Shown: positions 17,397-27,437, numbered from the stretch's first letter. The stretch: 62,038 nt of DNA from Bdellovibrionales bacterium (GCA_050246815.1 JBFWVI010000014.1:1-62038); one strand, 5' to 3'. Made by a program: numbers and translations. Notes: generated by a model from the letters alone, not told the origin.

Positions 17397-18141
17397 ATAC
17401 CGACTGAATCTGTTCACTGACGCGATTGTTCAACCCGTGACCACGGCTCTGATCGAGGTCACTTTGTGGTGGGCAATTTTCAAAGGTTCAGGTGCAACCC
17501 AAATCGGCGGATTCACTGCCGACTATTACCTGGCTTACGCCTTGTGGGCGGCATTTTTCGCCCGCATCACCATCTCGTGGATGTACGAGTACATGATGAT
17601 CGACGAGATCGACTCGGGTCGCATCAACGCGATCTTGACCCGGCCTATTTCGTTTTACGAATTTTATCTTGGACAGTTTATGGGCTACAAAGTGCTGACG
17701 GCTTCGCTTTCGCTTATAATGCCGCTTTTGGCCGTGCAATTCTTTGACTCCCCCACTCAGATCAGTCGGGTTCCGCTGGCCATTGCCTTGGCTTTTTATT
17801 ACCTGTTGCTGGTGCACACCATGAGCTTCACCATCGCCTCACTAGCCTTCTTTTACAACCGCATTCACTCTCTGCCCGCGGCAAAAAACATCGTGCTTTG
17901 GGTGCTGACCGGCGAACTGTTTCCGCTTGATCTGTTGCCCGAGTGGCTGAAAAGTTGGGCCTTAGCTTTGCCCTTTCCGGCGGGAGCCTACATCCCTGTG
18001 GGCTACATCACCGGCCGCTTTGATGTGAGTTTGGTGTGGCAAAGTTTCTTGAGTGTGACCTATGGCATGGCCTTCTTTGCCATTGTTGGCACCTTGATGT
18101 GGCGCGCGGGCCGCAAAGCCTACAGCGGAACGGGTGCGTAG
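17329..18141 (+). CDS. ABC-2 family permease (DUF990-type)
   Basis: Multi-TM protein with EYR.N, IDSG.I...L.RP and G.LFPL motifs; overlaps the 3' end of the ATPase gene. Confidence 0.87.
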   Translation: MLFTGFWRKTIGTARLAILSQFEYRLNLFTDAIVQPVTTALIEVTLWWAIFKGSGATQIGGFTADYYLAYALWAAFFARITISWMYEYMMIDEIDSGRINAILTRPISFYEFYLGQFMGYKVLTASLSLIMPLLAVQFFDSPTQISRVPLAIALAFYYLLLVHTMSFTIASLAFFYNRIHSLPAAKNIVLWVLTGELFPLDLLPEWLKSWALALPFPAGAYIPVGYITGRFDVSLVWQSFLSVTYGMAFFAIVGTLMWRAGRKAYSGTGA

Positions 18142-18930
18142 ATGAAAAAATATTTTCAGCTCTACAAAAGTTTTTTTAAGGCCTCGATGATGTCAGATCT
18201 CGAGTACCGATTGAATATCATCACAAAGGTGTTTACTGACATTCTTTGGTACGCGGCACAAGCCAGCGTTTTTGAGGTCTTGTTTCGTCACGCACCCAAT
18301 ATTGCCGGTTGGGATCTGCAGTCGGCCCGCGTTTTTATGGCGGTGCTGTTCTTGGCCGATGCCCTTTGGATGGTGTTTTTCCATGAAAACTTCGAGCGCT
18401 TGTCTTGGAAGGTGCGGCGCGGGGAATTGGATCTGGTTTTGGCCAAGCCCGTGGATTCTCAATTTTTGCTCACCGTACAAAAACAAAACACATCGTACGT
18501 CATCAACTCTGTTCTGACTTTCGTGTATTTACTTTGGACGCTCTCGCAAACTGCGGACCCGCAGTGGTGGCGCATTGTTTTATTGCTTGTGGTGGGGCTG
18601 CCTTCAGGGCTGGCGATTTCTTATAGCTTTCGTTTGATGTTTGCGACTCTTTCGGTGGTCTACACCAATGCTGAATCGGTGAATTACGTTTGGTACCAAA
18701 TCTATCGTTTGGGCATGCGACCCGACACGTTTTACCCAAAGTGGTTAAGGCTGCTGGTCTTGACCCTGTTGCCAGTTGGCTTCGTCGCCAGCGTGCCAAC
18801 ACGAATTTTACTCGAAAATCTGGACGTTTGGCTTTTGGTTGGAGGTCCCTTGGCTGCCGCCTTCACGCTTAGTCTTGCGCGTTGGTGCTGGGCACATTCC
18901 CTGGTGCACTACTCTTCGGCAAGCTCTTAG
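18142..18930 (+). CDS. ABC-2 family permease (DUF990-type), second subunit
   Basis: EYRLN, IAGW, GELDLVLAKPVD and LPVGFVASVP motifs; multi-TM. Confidence 0.87.
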   Translation: MKKYFQLYKSFFKASMMSDLEYRLNIITKVFTDILWYAAQASVFEVLFRHAPNIAGWDLQSARVFMAVLFLADALWMVFFHENFERLSWKVRRGELDLVLAKPVDSQFLLTVQKQNTSYVINSVLTFVYLLWTLSQTADPQWWRIVLLLVVGLPSGLAISYSFRLMFATLSVVYTNAESVNYVWYQIYRLGMRPDTFYPKWLRLLVLTLLPVGFVASVPTRILLENLDVWLLVGGPLAAAFTLSLARWCWAHSLVHYSSASS

Positions 18931-18945
18931 CGCAGACATTCTTGG

Positions 18946-19575
18946 TTAGCGTTTTTGTGAAATGGCAGCGCGAACTTTTTCGTACAGCACGCCAGGCTCA
19001 ATGGGCTTGCGCTGTTGATCAACGGCTTCTGTGAAATCCAACAAAATCAAAGTGGCATCCCGGCAAGGTTTCACATCAGGCACCTTGCCATTGGCGCACT
19101 GTCCGTTCACAGGCAACACACGATCTAGGCAGCGCACCGCTTCGGCCTTGTACCCCTGCTGCCAAACCAAAAACCCAGTGACCTTTTCTTCGGTCAAAGT
19201 GGTGATGTTGAGCATAGCGTTCTCAGGTGGAAAACAAACGCTACCTTTGCTGATCCCAAAGTACCAATTGGTGACCTCGTAGGCACCAACGGTAGCGGGA
19301 AGGGCCACCGTCGCGGCGACCGGCAGGCCGGGGCTTGTGTCGTCTCGTCGGCGATAGCGCGGATCAGGGGTCGAGGGGGTTGGTTGTGAAGGCAAATTGG
19401 CCACATAAAGACTGAATTCGTCATTCAAAGCAGAAGGCTCGCGCGCGTTTTGTTTATGCGCCTCAAGGGCGGCGAACATGCCGGCCGCTTGCGCCAAAGA
19501 GGAAACCAACGCGGCGGTCAGCAGCATCATCGAAAACGTTAGTTTTTTTGTAAAAAGAACCTGCGAACCCTGCAC
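18946..19575 (-). CDS. Secreted hypothetical protein
   Basis: GTG at 19575 after AGGGG (alternative ATG at 19530); signal peptide ending AQA; four Cys; sigma54-like promoter upstream. Confidence 0.6.
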   Translation of the reverse strand: MQGSQVLFTKKLTFSMMLLTAALVSSLAQAAGMFAALEAHKQNAREPSALNDEFSLYVANLPSQPTPSTPDPRYRRRDDTSPGLPVAATVALPATVGAYEVTNWYFGISKGSVCFPPENAMLNITTLTEEKVTGFLVWQQGYKAEAVRCLDRVLPVNGQCANGKVPDVKPCRDATLILLDFTEAVDQQRKPIEPGVLYEKVRAAISQKR

Positions 19576-19641
19576 TTTTTCCCCTGCGGAGCGACTCAAT
19601 ACAGAGTCAGACCCCAGCGAACCCAATTTAAGGGCTGCTCT

Positions 19642-19657
19642 TGCAACCCCCATTCCA
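19642..19657 (-). promoter_or_regulatory. Putative sigma54 promoter
   Basis: TGGAATGGGGGTTGCA fits GG-N10-GC with TTGC. Confidence 0.55.
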
Positions 19658-19697
19658 TTTTGACAATTTGCGGCATACCGCATAACAAAGAATCTCC

Positions 19698-20309
19698 ATG
19701 ATAAAGAATTTATTTCCAACCAAGATCTGGCAAAGCGCACTGGCCCCGGCCTCAACGCTGAAGCGTTTGAACCGTGAACTGGAGCGCGACATCCAGGTGA
19801 TCATGGACCTGGATCAAGCTGGTTGGCGCTGGTCGAAAAGCAATTACGCGGGTGGATACACGTCGTATTCGTCTATGGCCCAATTGCACCTGCGTTTCGC
19901 ACCGTTTATGGAGTTGAAAACTTTGATCGACCGCAAGGTCGTGGGTTTTGCCAAAGCAAATGAATGGGATATGCAGGGTCGTCGCCTGTGCATGACAGAT
20001 TGCTGGATCAATGTGATGCCAAATCTTGTGCACCATGGTCTTCATTTGCACCCGCAATCCCTGATCAGTGGCACCTATTATGTGCAACTGCCAAAGGGCT
20101 CAGGTGCTTTGAAGTTTGAGGATCCTCGTTTGGGCCTGTTCATGGCGGCACCGCCGCGCAAAGCCAAGGCTGCGCCCGAGACCCGCGCATTTTATTCTAT
20201 CCAACCCAAGGTTGGTCAAGTGGTGCTGTGGGAGAGTTGGCTGCGCCACGAAGTGACCGCCAATCGCGGCACAAGTGAAAGAATTAGCATCAGCTTCAAT
20301 TACGCTTAA
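19698..20309 (+). CDS. TIGR02466-family putative 2OG-Fe(II) oxygenase
   Basis: GYTSY, WINV, HGLHLHPQSLISGTYY, WESWLRHEV and RISISFNY motifs. Confidence 0.88.
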   Translation: MIKNLFPTKIWQSALAPASTLKRLNRELERDIQVIMDLDQAGWRWSKSNYAGGYTSYSSMAQLHLRFAPFMELKTLIDRKVVGFAKANEWDMQGRRLCMTDCWINVMPNLVHHGLHLHPQSLISGTYYVQLPKGSGALKFEDPRLGLFMAAPPRKAKAAPETRAFYSIQPKVGQVVLWESWLRHEVTANRGTSERISISFNYA

Positions 20310-20361
20310 AACATCCTAGAGCACACGCTATAAAACACCTGTCTTTTCAAGGGGGGAAGTT

Positions 20362-21507
20362 TTGTTGCGATCAAGCGCCTTGTTCAGCCTTGCGCTTTTG
20401 GCTTTGAACTCAGCCGCGCAGCCGACGTCACCAATTCGCGCCAACTATTGCCATGAAGAAAGTCAAAAACGCGGATTCGGTTCTGCCTCGCTCAATATGT
20501 GCGGCGGGCCCGAAGATCGTTTTGCGCAAAATTTTATCTTTGTATCAGAGACCGATGATTTTGCGATGGCCACGGCGAACGCCGCTTCGTTACTGACGCC
20601 GGATCAACAGAAAAAACTTGCGCCAACCTTGCGCCAAGTGCAACTCCAGATGGCCGAGCAATGCTGTGGATTAGATCAAACTTGTGCGCAAGCCATGCAG
20701 CAGGTGCAAATTGAATGGTGCGATCCAAAACAGTTGACCAATCGCAAAGACGCTTGCTTTCGCGGCGCCCACTATCGATTGCCCGGCGAAGACCGCGAAA
20801 TTATCTTTGGCCAGATCGCCAAACGACACTGGGATGAACGCGCGGGCATACCCAAATCCTGGGCTGAAAAAATCGATGTCGTGCTGGCCCGTTATATCGA
20901 CTCAATCGACTACGCCCTGCGAATCGCATGGCGGGCATTTTCTTCGCAACAAAATCATTTGCGCCCGGGTCGGGTGGTGATGTCGCCGGTGATGGGCGCG
21001 GGGTTTCCTGCGGAGCAACTGGCCATATCGACCTTTCGTCATGAAATGGCCCACGCTTGTGATGCGATCAAAGCTCAACAATACGCCTTTGCACCCGCGC
21101 CACATTGGCAAAAAAGACTTCTGGGCGCCGCTCAAATTGAGCATGGCTCGGATTCAAGACACTACTGCCGACTTGATGAGGCCTTGAACGAATATTATGA
21201 ATCTCTGATGAGCAGCTATGGATTGGGACCGGCATTTTTGAATTGTCTCAATGCCGTTTATCGACGTACGGCCACTCGAAGCGATGCGCTCTTTTGTTCC
21301 TCTTTGTGCCCAGGCGCCATGCGAGTGGAATCATTTGCCAAGGTGTTTGAAGTCCTAAGCGCGGCTCAAAGCAAAACAGAATCTCTTTGGCTTTCGGCCT
21401 GCGCCACCGCCCAAGATGGCTATCATCTGGGGGCGAACGAAATCACACAGTGCCTGATTGAACATGCATCCCACTTGCTGCCGGCAAACATGGGTAAGGC
21501 GCGCTAG
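20362..21507 (+). CDS. Secreted Cys-rich putative zincin metalloprotease
   Basis: GGGGGG SD, signal peptide, HEMAH (HExxH) motif, downstream ESFA as a candidate third ligand, and many Cys. Confidence 0.6.
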   Translation: MLRSSALFSLALLALNSAAQPTSPIRANYCHEESQKRGFGSASLNMCGGPEDRFAQNFIFVSETDDFAMATANAASLLTPDQQKKLAPTLRQVQLQMAEQCCGLDQTCAQAMQQVQIEWCDPKQLTNRKDACFRGAHYRLPGEDREIIFGQIAKRHWDERAGIPKSWAEKIDVVLARYIDSIDYALRIAWRAFSSQQNHLRPGRVVMSPVMGAGFPAEQLAISTFRHEMAHACDAIKAQQYAFAPAPHWQKRLLGAAQIEHGSDSRHYCRLDEALNEYYESLMSSYGLGPAFLNCLNAVYRRTATRSDALFCSSLCPGAMRVESFAKVFEVLSAAQSKTESLWLSACATAQDGYHLGANEITQCLIEHASHLLPANMGKAR

Positions 21508-22811
21508 CGACGACCTAAAAAGATGTTGTGCTGAAAGACCAGCTCACCTTGTGCGCCCACACAACTCACTGTGCCGTGCAATAATTCTTCGCCCACCGCC
21601 AGCTGCATCACCAAAAAGTTGTGGCGCGAAGTCGCGGCCCGTCGGCGTGGGTTGTGATGCCAATTGTGCTGGCCCGGAAAAGTCACAGAATGCATCGAAC
21701 TTGAGGTCAGCTCCACGGTCGGATACCCCAAAATATCGGCTTCGATTTCCATAATCTCAGAAAAGTGAACGTCACCACTTAAAAAACCCACAGATCTTTC
21801 GCGCCCGCGCACGGCGGCCACCAGCCACTCATAGTCCAAGGTGAATTCGTAATTCACCGCGTATTTGCGGCGGTAACCGCCAAAGAACTGTTGGCCATTG
21901 GCAATCCACATCGGACATGTTCGTGCTTTAAGTTGCCGATCCAACCATTGGCGCTGGGCTTCACCCCAAATCGTGGGCTGTTCGCCAAACTCGCCAAGCC
22001 CCGTGCGAAAGCTACGTCCATCCAGCATCACGAAGTCCATGCCGAAAGCGTGCAGGCTGCACGACACCCCGGGGCCGCCCCTCAAGTTGTTGAGCAATCC
22101 CGGATTCTGCGCCCAAAAAATATGAAAAGTTTCTAGCGACTCTTTGGCATAACGATAAGTGCGGTCGCCATCATCCACACCGTAATCGTGATCATCCCAA
22201 GTGGCTAAACAGGGAATCAGCTCACGCCGAAAGTAAAAATCGTACTCCTGTCGCCCAGCCACATACTGTTGCCACAATTGTCTGGGGTTCGCAGGGCGTT
22301 TAGTGAGCATATTGGGCCGATCGCCATAGACATTGTCGCCCAAGAACAACACCAAGTCGGGATTCGATTGGTTAAGATTTTGCCAGATTTCAGGATTGTA
22401 AAAATAGCCGGCGGCACATGAAACCATGGCAATGCGCGGCCGCACAATTCGTCGATCCAACCATCGTACAGGTCGCACATCCAATACAAAACCCGCTGTG
22501 TTTTCGATCAAAAAAGTGCAGGGCACATATTCCGGTAAATCCGCAAACGAAACATGGGTCACCGCCCACACCGAATCATCACGTCTGAAGGTTTGAACCG
22601 AAGAGGCCGCAGCCGCGAAGCCGCTCTGATCCAAACGAAGGTAATAACGCAAATCTTCTTCGCGTCGATGCATGATGGAAAGTTGCAAGTTGTGGCCATC
22701 GTTTGGGCCAAGAACAACAGAGTAGCGACCACCAATTTCAGCAGTCACCGGTCGGGAAAGAAATGTGAAAGGCGAGGCCGCCAAACCTGCCAAGAACGTG
22801 CGACGCTTCAC
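21504..22811 (-). CDS. phoD: PhoD-family alkaline phosphatase, Tat-exported
   Basis: KRRTFL Tat motif; VSC, GDNVYGD, WDDHD, LDGRSFR and SGDVH motifs. Confidence 0.88.
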   Translation of the reverse strand: MKRRTFLAGLAASPFTFLSRPVTAEIGGRYSVVLGPNDGHNLQLSIMHRREEDLRYYLRLDQSGFAAAASSVQTFRRDDSVWAVTHVSFADLPEYVPCTFLIENTAGFVLDVRPVRWLDRRIVRPRIAMVSCAAGYFYNPEIWQNLNQSNPDLVLFLGDNVYGDRPNMLTKRPANPRQLWQQYVAGRQEYDFYFRRELIPCLATWDDHDYGVDDGDRTYRYAKESLETFHIFWAQNPGLLNNLRGGPGVSCSLHAFGMDFVMLDGRSFRTGLGEFGEQPTIWGEAQRQWLDRQLKARTCPMWIANGQQFFGGYRRKYAVNYEFTLDYEWLVAAVRGRERSVGFLSGDVHFSEIMEIEADILGYPTVELTSSSMHSVTFPGQHNWHHNPRRRAATSRHNFLVMQLAVGEELLHGTVSCVGAQGELVFQHNIFLGRR

Positions 22812-22964
22812 TTCCCCTCCCGTGGCACCCCACAGAGAACAGAACCGACCGCTCGTTATGTGTCAATTGTGTCAAAGTTGTTAAAAAATCTATAGAGGTT
22901 GACGGGCCGCGCCGAGATATTTCTGCAGTCTTGCTATATTCCGTCCTGGTCGACACCATACCTT

Positions 22965-23870
22965 ATGCTCCTTCGTGATCTATGGGCCCCGTCCTTGATT
23001 TTGAGTGGATTAATGGCCTCGCCGGTGGTGGAATCCGCTCTGGATCAAGCCGACGGGCAGGCCCCAGTGGCCGAATCCACTATCACCTCAATCTATGGCG
23101 AGGATAACCGCCGCGAGGTTTACCAAACTGAACATTCCTCTGTTCAAAAAGCCATTCCCAGCGTGGTGATGCTGGCTGATTCGACCGACGTCAGGCCGGC
23201 TGGCCCCAGCCGTTATGCTTTAAGCAGCGTGCCCTACGGGGAATCCCTGAACCTTTGCCGGAGCGAACGCTTTTGGCAGCAACCACGCATTGGCTTTTGC
23301 TCCGGGGTTTTGGTCGGGCCAAACCTGGTTTTAACCGCTGGTCACTGCGTGATCACCGAACGCGACTGCGCCAACACCAAGCTTTTGTTTGATGTTTACT
23401 ACCGCCAGTCAGGCGAACTGAAGTTGACCCTGCCGGACGATCAAGTTCGCCAATGCAAAAAAATCATCACCCGCTACAACCGCAACTCCGGCCTGGACTT
23501 CGCACTGCTTGAGCTGGACCAACCCGTGCGCGACAGGCGCCCCGTCGCCTTGGGACTTGGCATTGAAAACCCACGACAGGTTTTTATGCTTGGCCACCCG
23601 ATGGGATTACCAACCAAGTTCTCGGGCCTAGCGAAGATTGTACGCTCAACCAAGCTCGAGTGGATAACAGATCTGGACTCGTCCGCCGGCAATTCTGGCT
23701 CGCCGGTCTTTGAAGGCCGCAGTGGTGCCTTAATCGGCATCTTGACGGCCGGCGAGGATGGCGATTTCAAAAGTAGCAAATGCCAAACCTCAAAAGTGTG
23801 TGACACAAAAAACTGCTTTGGTGAGGTGGTCTTAAAACTTCAAGCCATTTTAGAACATGCGGACTTGTAA
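22965..23870 (+). CDS. Secreted trypsin-like (S1, V8-like) serine protease
   Basis: CSGVLV, LTAGHC, DFALL and GNSGSPV motifs; IYGEDNRRE pro-region. Confidence 0.9.
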   Translation: MLLRDLWAPSLILSGLMASPVVESALDQADGQAPVAESTITSIYGEDNRREVYQTEHSSVQKAIPSVVMLADSTDVRPAGPSRYALSSVPYGESLNLCRSERFWQQPRIGFCSGVLVGPNLVLTAGHCVITERDCANTKLLFDVYYRQSGELKLTLPDDQVRQCKKIITRYNRNSGLDFALLELDQPVRDRRPVALGLGIENPRQVFMLGHPMGLPTKFSGLAKIVRSTKLEWITDLDSSAGNSGSPVFEGRSGALIGILTAGEDGDFKSSKCQTSKVCDTKNCFGEVVLKLQAILEHADL

Positions 23871-24573
23871 TTTTATCCTGCTGCTCGCTTTACTCGCGGG
23901 CTGTGCGACAAAAAGCAAAAAAAACGAATTGGATTTGTTAGTGCCCTCTGCCACTGGAAATCTTACGCTGTTGCAAGAGCGTTTAGCCAAAGGCGCGAAC
24001 CTGAATCAAAAAAGTGAGCTCGGCACCACCGCACTGATGGTGGCCGCCTATCGCGGTCAAGCCGCCGTTATGCAAGAGCTGCTCAGCCGGGGCGCGGACC
24101 CAAGCTTGCTGGATCAACAAAATCAATCCGCCCTGCACTACGCGGCCTTGGGCAATCGCCCTGAAGTCTGCGGACTGTTGGTGGCCGCCCATGCCCCAGT
24201 GGACCAAGTGGACGAATCCTCTTTATCGCCACTGATGTTGGCGGTTCGCTTTGGCACGATGGACTGTATCGACGCCCTTCTTTTGGCCGGCGCCCGTGTG
24301 GACCAGGTGGACGCCTCGGGCTGGAGCGCTCTTTATTTTGCAATTCCACGTGGGCGGGCTGAGATCGTGCGCGCGTTGGTGCGCTCCCGCGCAAGCCTTA
24401 ACCTGCAAGACGAAAATGGCTGGTCGCCGCTGCACATTGCAGCATTGTATCAAGCCCGTGAAATCTACAAGCTACTGAAATCCCAGGGGGCTTCGGAAAG
24501 CCTGCGCGACAAAGAAGGCAAGACCCCGCTTCAGCTTCAACGCGAGATGGACAAACACGAATCGGGTAGGTAA
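23857..24573 (+). CDS. Ankyrin-repeat lipoprotein
   Basis: Lipobox LLAGC; about six ANK repeats (GTTALMVAA, QSALHYAA, LSPLMLAV, GWSALYFA, GWSPLHIAA, GKTPL). Confidence 0.92.
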   Translation: MRTCNFILLLALLAGCATKSKKNELDLLVPSATGNLTLLQERLAKGANLNQKSELGTTALMVAAYRGQAAVMQELLSRGADPSLLDQQNQSALHYAALGNRPEVCGLLVAAHAPVDQVDESSLSPLMLAVRFGTMDCIDALLLAGARVDQVDASGWSALYFAIPRGRAEIVRALVRSRASLNLQDENGWSPLHIAALYQAREIYKLLKSQGASESLRDKEGKTPLQLQREMDKHESGR

Positions 24574-24585
24574 ACCCTGCCCACG

Positions 24586-24897
24586 ATGCGATGTGCTGCT
24601 TTGGTATTATTCTGTTGTCTGGCTTTTAGCTCTGGTTGCGCCAGTGTCACCATGACCCTGCAAGAACCCGCCGACCCCAAATCGGTCTATCACGAGTATC
24701 ACGACGGCTGGGGTTTTGGTTTTGTCAGCGATGGCCGGGCGGATCTCAACCAAGCTTGCCCACACAACCGCATTGCCAAAATCCGCAATTACACCTCACT
24801 CGAAGACGCTATGCTAGGCACCCTCTTTTTGGGCATTTATTTGCCTCACACCACCACTATCACTTGTGCGGCCGAGGTACAAAATGCGGCCAAATAA
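24586..24897 (+). CDS. Bor/Iss-like small lipoprotein
   Basis: Lipobox SSGC; C...LGTLFLGIYLPHTTTITC pattern typical of the lambda Bor family. Confidence 0.72.
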   Translation: MRCAALVLFCCLAFSSGCASVTMTLQEPADPKSVYHEYHDGWGFGFVSDGRADLNQACPHNRIAKIRNYTSLEDAMLGTLFLGIYLPHTTTITCAAEVQNAAK

Positions 24898-25201
24898 TAA
24901 ATCTGCTTGGTGCTGGCTGCTGGCGACTTTGCTTTTGCAGACGGCCTGCGCATCCACCGTGTTAGTGAAAGATCCAACAGCATTTTATAGCACCAAAGTT
25001 GAACGCACCCATCACATCGCCTTATTTGGCTTTTGGGAGGTCAGTGACCCGGTGCCGCTGAATCAACTTTGCAGCTCAGACTGGAATCAGGTGGAAACCG
25101 TATTCACTCCTGTGAACGTGATTTTGGGCGTGGTGACCTTGGGGCTCTATACCCCGGCCACCGTGCGCGTTTCGTGCAAAGCCAATCAATCGCGCAGATA
25201 G
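24884..25201 (+). CDS. Bor/Iss-like small lipoprotein
   Basis: Lipobox QTAC; LFGFW...LNQLC...LGVVTLGLYTPATVRVSC; GAGG SD. Confidence 0.78.
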   Translation: MRPNNKSAWCWLLATLLLQTACASTVLVKDPTAFYSTKVERTHHIALFGFWEVSDPVPLNQLCSSDWNQVETVFTPVNVILGVVTLGLYTPATVRVSCKANQSRR

Positions 25202-26688
25202 CGCTGCTTCACATGATTGATAAAAGGTTGCACGCTCAGTGGCTCGCCCGTCACTTTGATCATCAGGTCTTCACTGCTTAAAGCCGACCCTTGCGACCAC
25301 ACGTTTTTACGCAGCCAATCCATAATCGGTTTGATCTCGCCCTTTGCAAGACCCGCGCGGGCGGTGGGGATTTGTTTTTGCAAGGCAGCGAATAGCTGCG
25401 AAGCCGTCAACGCCCCCAACGAGTAAGACGGGAAATAGCCGAACGCACCCGACGGCCAATGCACATCTTGCATGCAGCCGTTTTTGTCGTTTCCTAAAGT
25501 GGAAAGTCCCAAATACTTCTGCATCTTCTCGTTCCACACGGCCGGCAACTCTTTGACCTGCAGATCGCCTTCGATCAAAGCCCGCTCGATTTCAAAGCGT
25601 AAAATTATATGGGCAGGATAAGTCACCTCGTCGGCATCGACGCGAATGTAACCCTTTCTCACGCGGGTCAAAAGCAAGGTCAGATTTTCAGGCATCCAAT
25701 AGCCGGCGGGATCGCCGTGCTCACTTAAGTAGCGTTGCAAAATCGGCGCGGCGTACTGGGCAAACTCGCGACAACGGGCAATTTGCATTTCGACAAACAA
25801 ACTTTGGCTCTCATGAAAGGCCATTCCTCGAGCCGCACCGACGGGCTGTTCCAACCACTCTTTGGGTAAACCTTGTTCGTACATCGCATGGCCTGTTTCA
25901 TGCATCACACCCATCAAGCCCGAAAGATAATCCTGCTCTGAATAGCGCGTGGTCAAACGCACGTCCTGCGGCACCCCCCCGCAAAAGGGGTGGTGACTTT
26001 CATCCAACCGGCCACGCTCGAAGTCAAAACCCAGCCAAGCCATGAACTCCTTCATCATTGCCCTTTGTTTTTCTGTCGGCACCGGGCGATTCAAAGAGAC
26101 CACTTTTTGCTTTGCCTGATGGACGATGATCTCCTCGATCAGATCGGGCAGAATCTGGCGAAGCTCACCGAAAACGCGTTCGACCGTGGTTATGCGTAAA
26201 CCGGGCTCGTACAAATCCAGCATGGCATCATAAGGTTTAAGGCCTGTGGCGGCTGCGCGCTGTCGGCTTTCTTCGCGTGCGTACTCGACCCCCTTTTCCA
26301 AAATGGGAGCAAAGTCTTGCCAGTTGTTGGCGTGACGAAGCTCTCGCCAAGCCTGTTCACTGGCCATGCAGTGGGCAGTTTGTTTTTCGACCAGTTTGGG
26401 GTCCACCGCATTCATGCGGGCATGGCTGCTTTTGGCTTCGCGCAGATTGGCCCTTTGCCAATCACTTAATCCCGAGAGTTCATTTTGCGCCTCTTTTATG
26501 GCTTCGGCCAAAGCCTGCTCGCGATAAATTTCCACATTGAGCAGAGCCAATTCTGAAACTGCCATGGCCCGCGCTTCACCCCCGCCCTTCGGCATCATCA
26601 CAGCCTCATCCCAGCCCGCCATAGCCCGCAAATGCGCTAAGCGCGAAATACGACGAAAATACTTCTCAACGGTCTGATAGTTCTGCAT
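25186..26688 (-). CDS. Carboxypeptidase, family M32
   Basis: HPFC, DVRLTTRY, HETGH, HESQ, IRVDADE, QDVHW and GYFPSY motifs; AAGGAG SD. Confidence 0.95.
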   Translation of the reverse strand: MQNYQTVEKYFRRISRLAHLRAMAGWDEAVMMPKGGGEARAMAVSELALLNVEIYREQALAEAIKEAQNELSGLSDWQRANLREAKSSHARMNAVDPKLVEKQTAHCMASEQAWRELRHANNWQDFAPILEKGVEYAREESRQRAAATGLKPYDAMLDLYEPGLRITTVERVFGELRQILPDLIEEIIVHQAKQKVVSLNRPVPTEKQRAMMKEFMAWLGFDFERGRLDESHHPFCGGVPQDVRLTTRYSEQDYLSGLMGVMHETGHAMYEQGLPKEWLEQPVGAARGMAFHESQSLFVEMQIARCREFAQYAAPILQRYLSEHGDPAGYWMPENLTLLLTRVRKGYIRVDADEVTYPAHIILRFEIERALIEGDLQVKELPAVWNEKMQKYLGLSTLGNDKNGCMQDVHWPSGAFGYFPSYSLGALTASQLFAALQKQIPTARAGLAKGEIKPIMDWLRKNVWSQGSALSSEDLMIKVTGEPLSVQPFINHVKQRYLRD

Positions 26689-26803
26689 GGGAATCTCCTT
26701 TGCACTCGACCTTGGTTTTAAGCCCATGGGTCAGTTTTGCGACTGCCCATGAGGTATCTCGCCATAGGTCCTGTGTCACCAACTACAATTTGTGCGCGGT
26801 GCC

Positions 26804-26831
26804 TAAGCTAAATAACCGAAATTGCCGATGA
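26804..26831 (+). promoter_or_regulatory. Putative sigma28 promoter for the PilZ gene
   Basis: TAAG-N16-GCCGATGA, 8 nt before ATG 26840. Confidence 0.45.
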
Positions 26832-26839
26832 ATAAGCAA

Positions 26840-27427
26840 ATGGGACAAGCTCTTCGCCGGTTTGTGGCACGGGCACCACGCTACGTGCTGCGACCGAATG
26901 ACAATCAGATGCTCCGCTTTTCGCCGAACAACACCAGCAATCGTTCGTTCTCGACCCAATTGATGAATATCTCTGAAACTGGCTTGGCGTTTTTGATTGA
27001 TCGCGGTCACTGCCCCTCGATTGGTGAATTTATCAAAGTGGAGTTCCCCGTCCCGGGTGGCGAGCAAATCGCATGGTTTGGTAAAGTCGTTCGCCTTGAG
27101 GAGTTTTCTCGTCATCCTTGGTGGAGCGACAAACGCAATAGCGAACACACGGGCGATGTCTTGGTCGGCATTCAGTTTCATCAATTGCCGGACGGCCACC
27201 GTCAAGCCATCCGCGTCCACTTGCAAGCGCGTTTCCGCGAATTGATGAAGGATCGGCAAATGGCCAGCTGGCGCCAGCTTGGTCAGTTTTTCAATGACAA
27301 TGCATGGAAGATGATCATGTACGTGCTATCAGCACTGTTCACCATCGGCATACTTTATTTCCTGTCGCTGCCTAGTCCGAACTACGATTCCAAGCGCGGG
27401 GCCCCGTGGGGCCAGCGCTTTAAATAG
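26840..27427 (+). CDS. PilZ-domain protein with C-terminal TM helix
   Basis: ARAPRY and NISETG motifs, GKVVR and GIQF; hydrophobic C-terminal segment. Alternative start at 26828. Confidence 0.82.
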   Translation: MGQALRRFVARAPRYVLRPNDNQMLRFSPNNTSNRSFSTQLMNISETGLAFLIDRGHCPSIGEFIKVEFPVPGGEQIAWFGKVVRLEEFSRHPWWSDKRNSEHTGDVLVGIQFHQLPDGHRQAIRVHLQARFRELMKDRQMASWRQLGQFFNDNAWKMIMYVLSALFTIGILYFLSLPSPNYDSKRGAPWGQRFK

Positions 27428-27437
27428 ATTTTATTAA

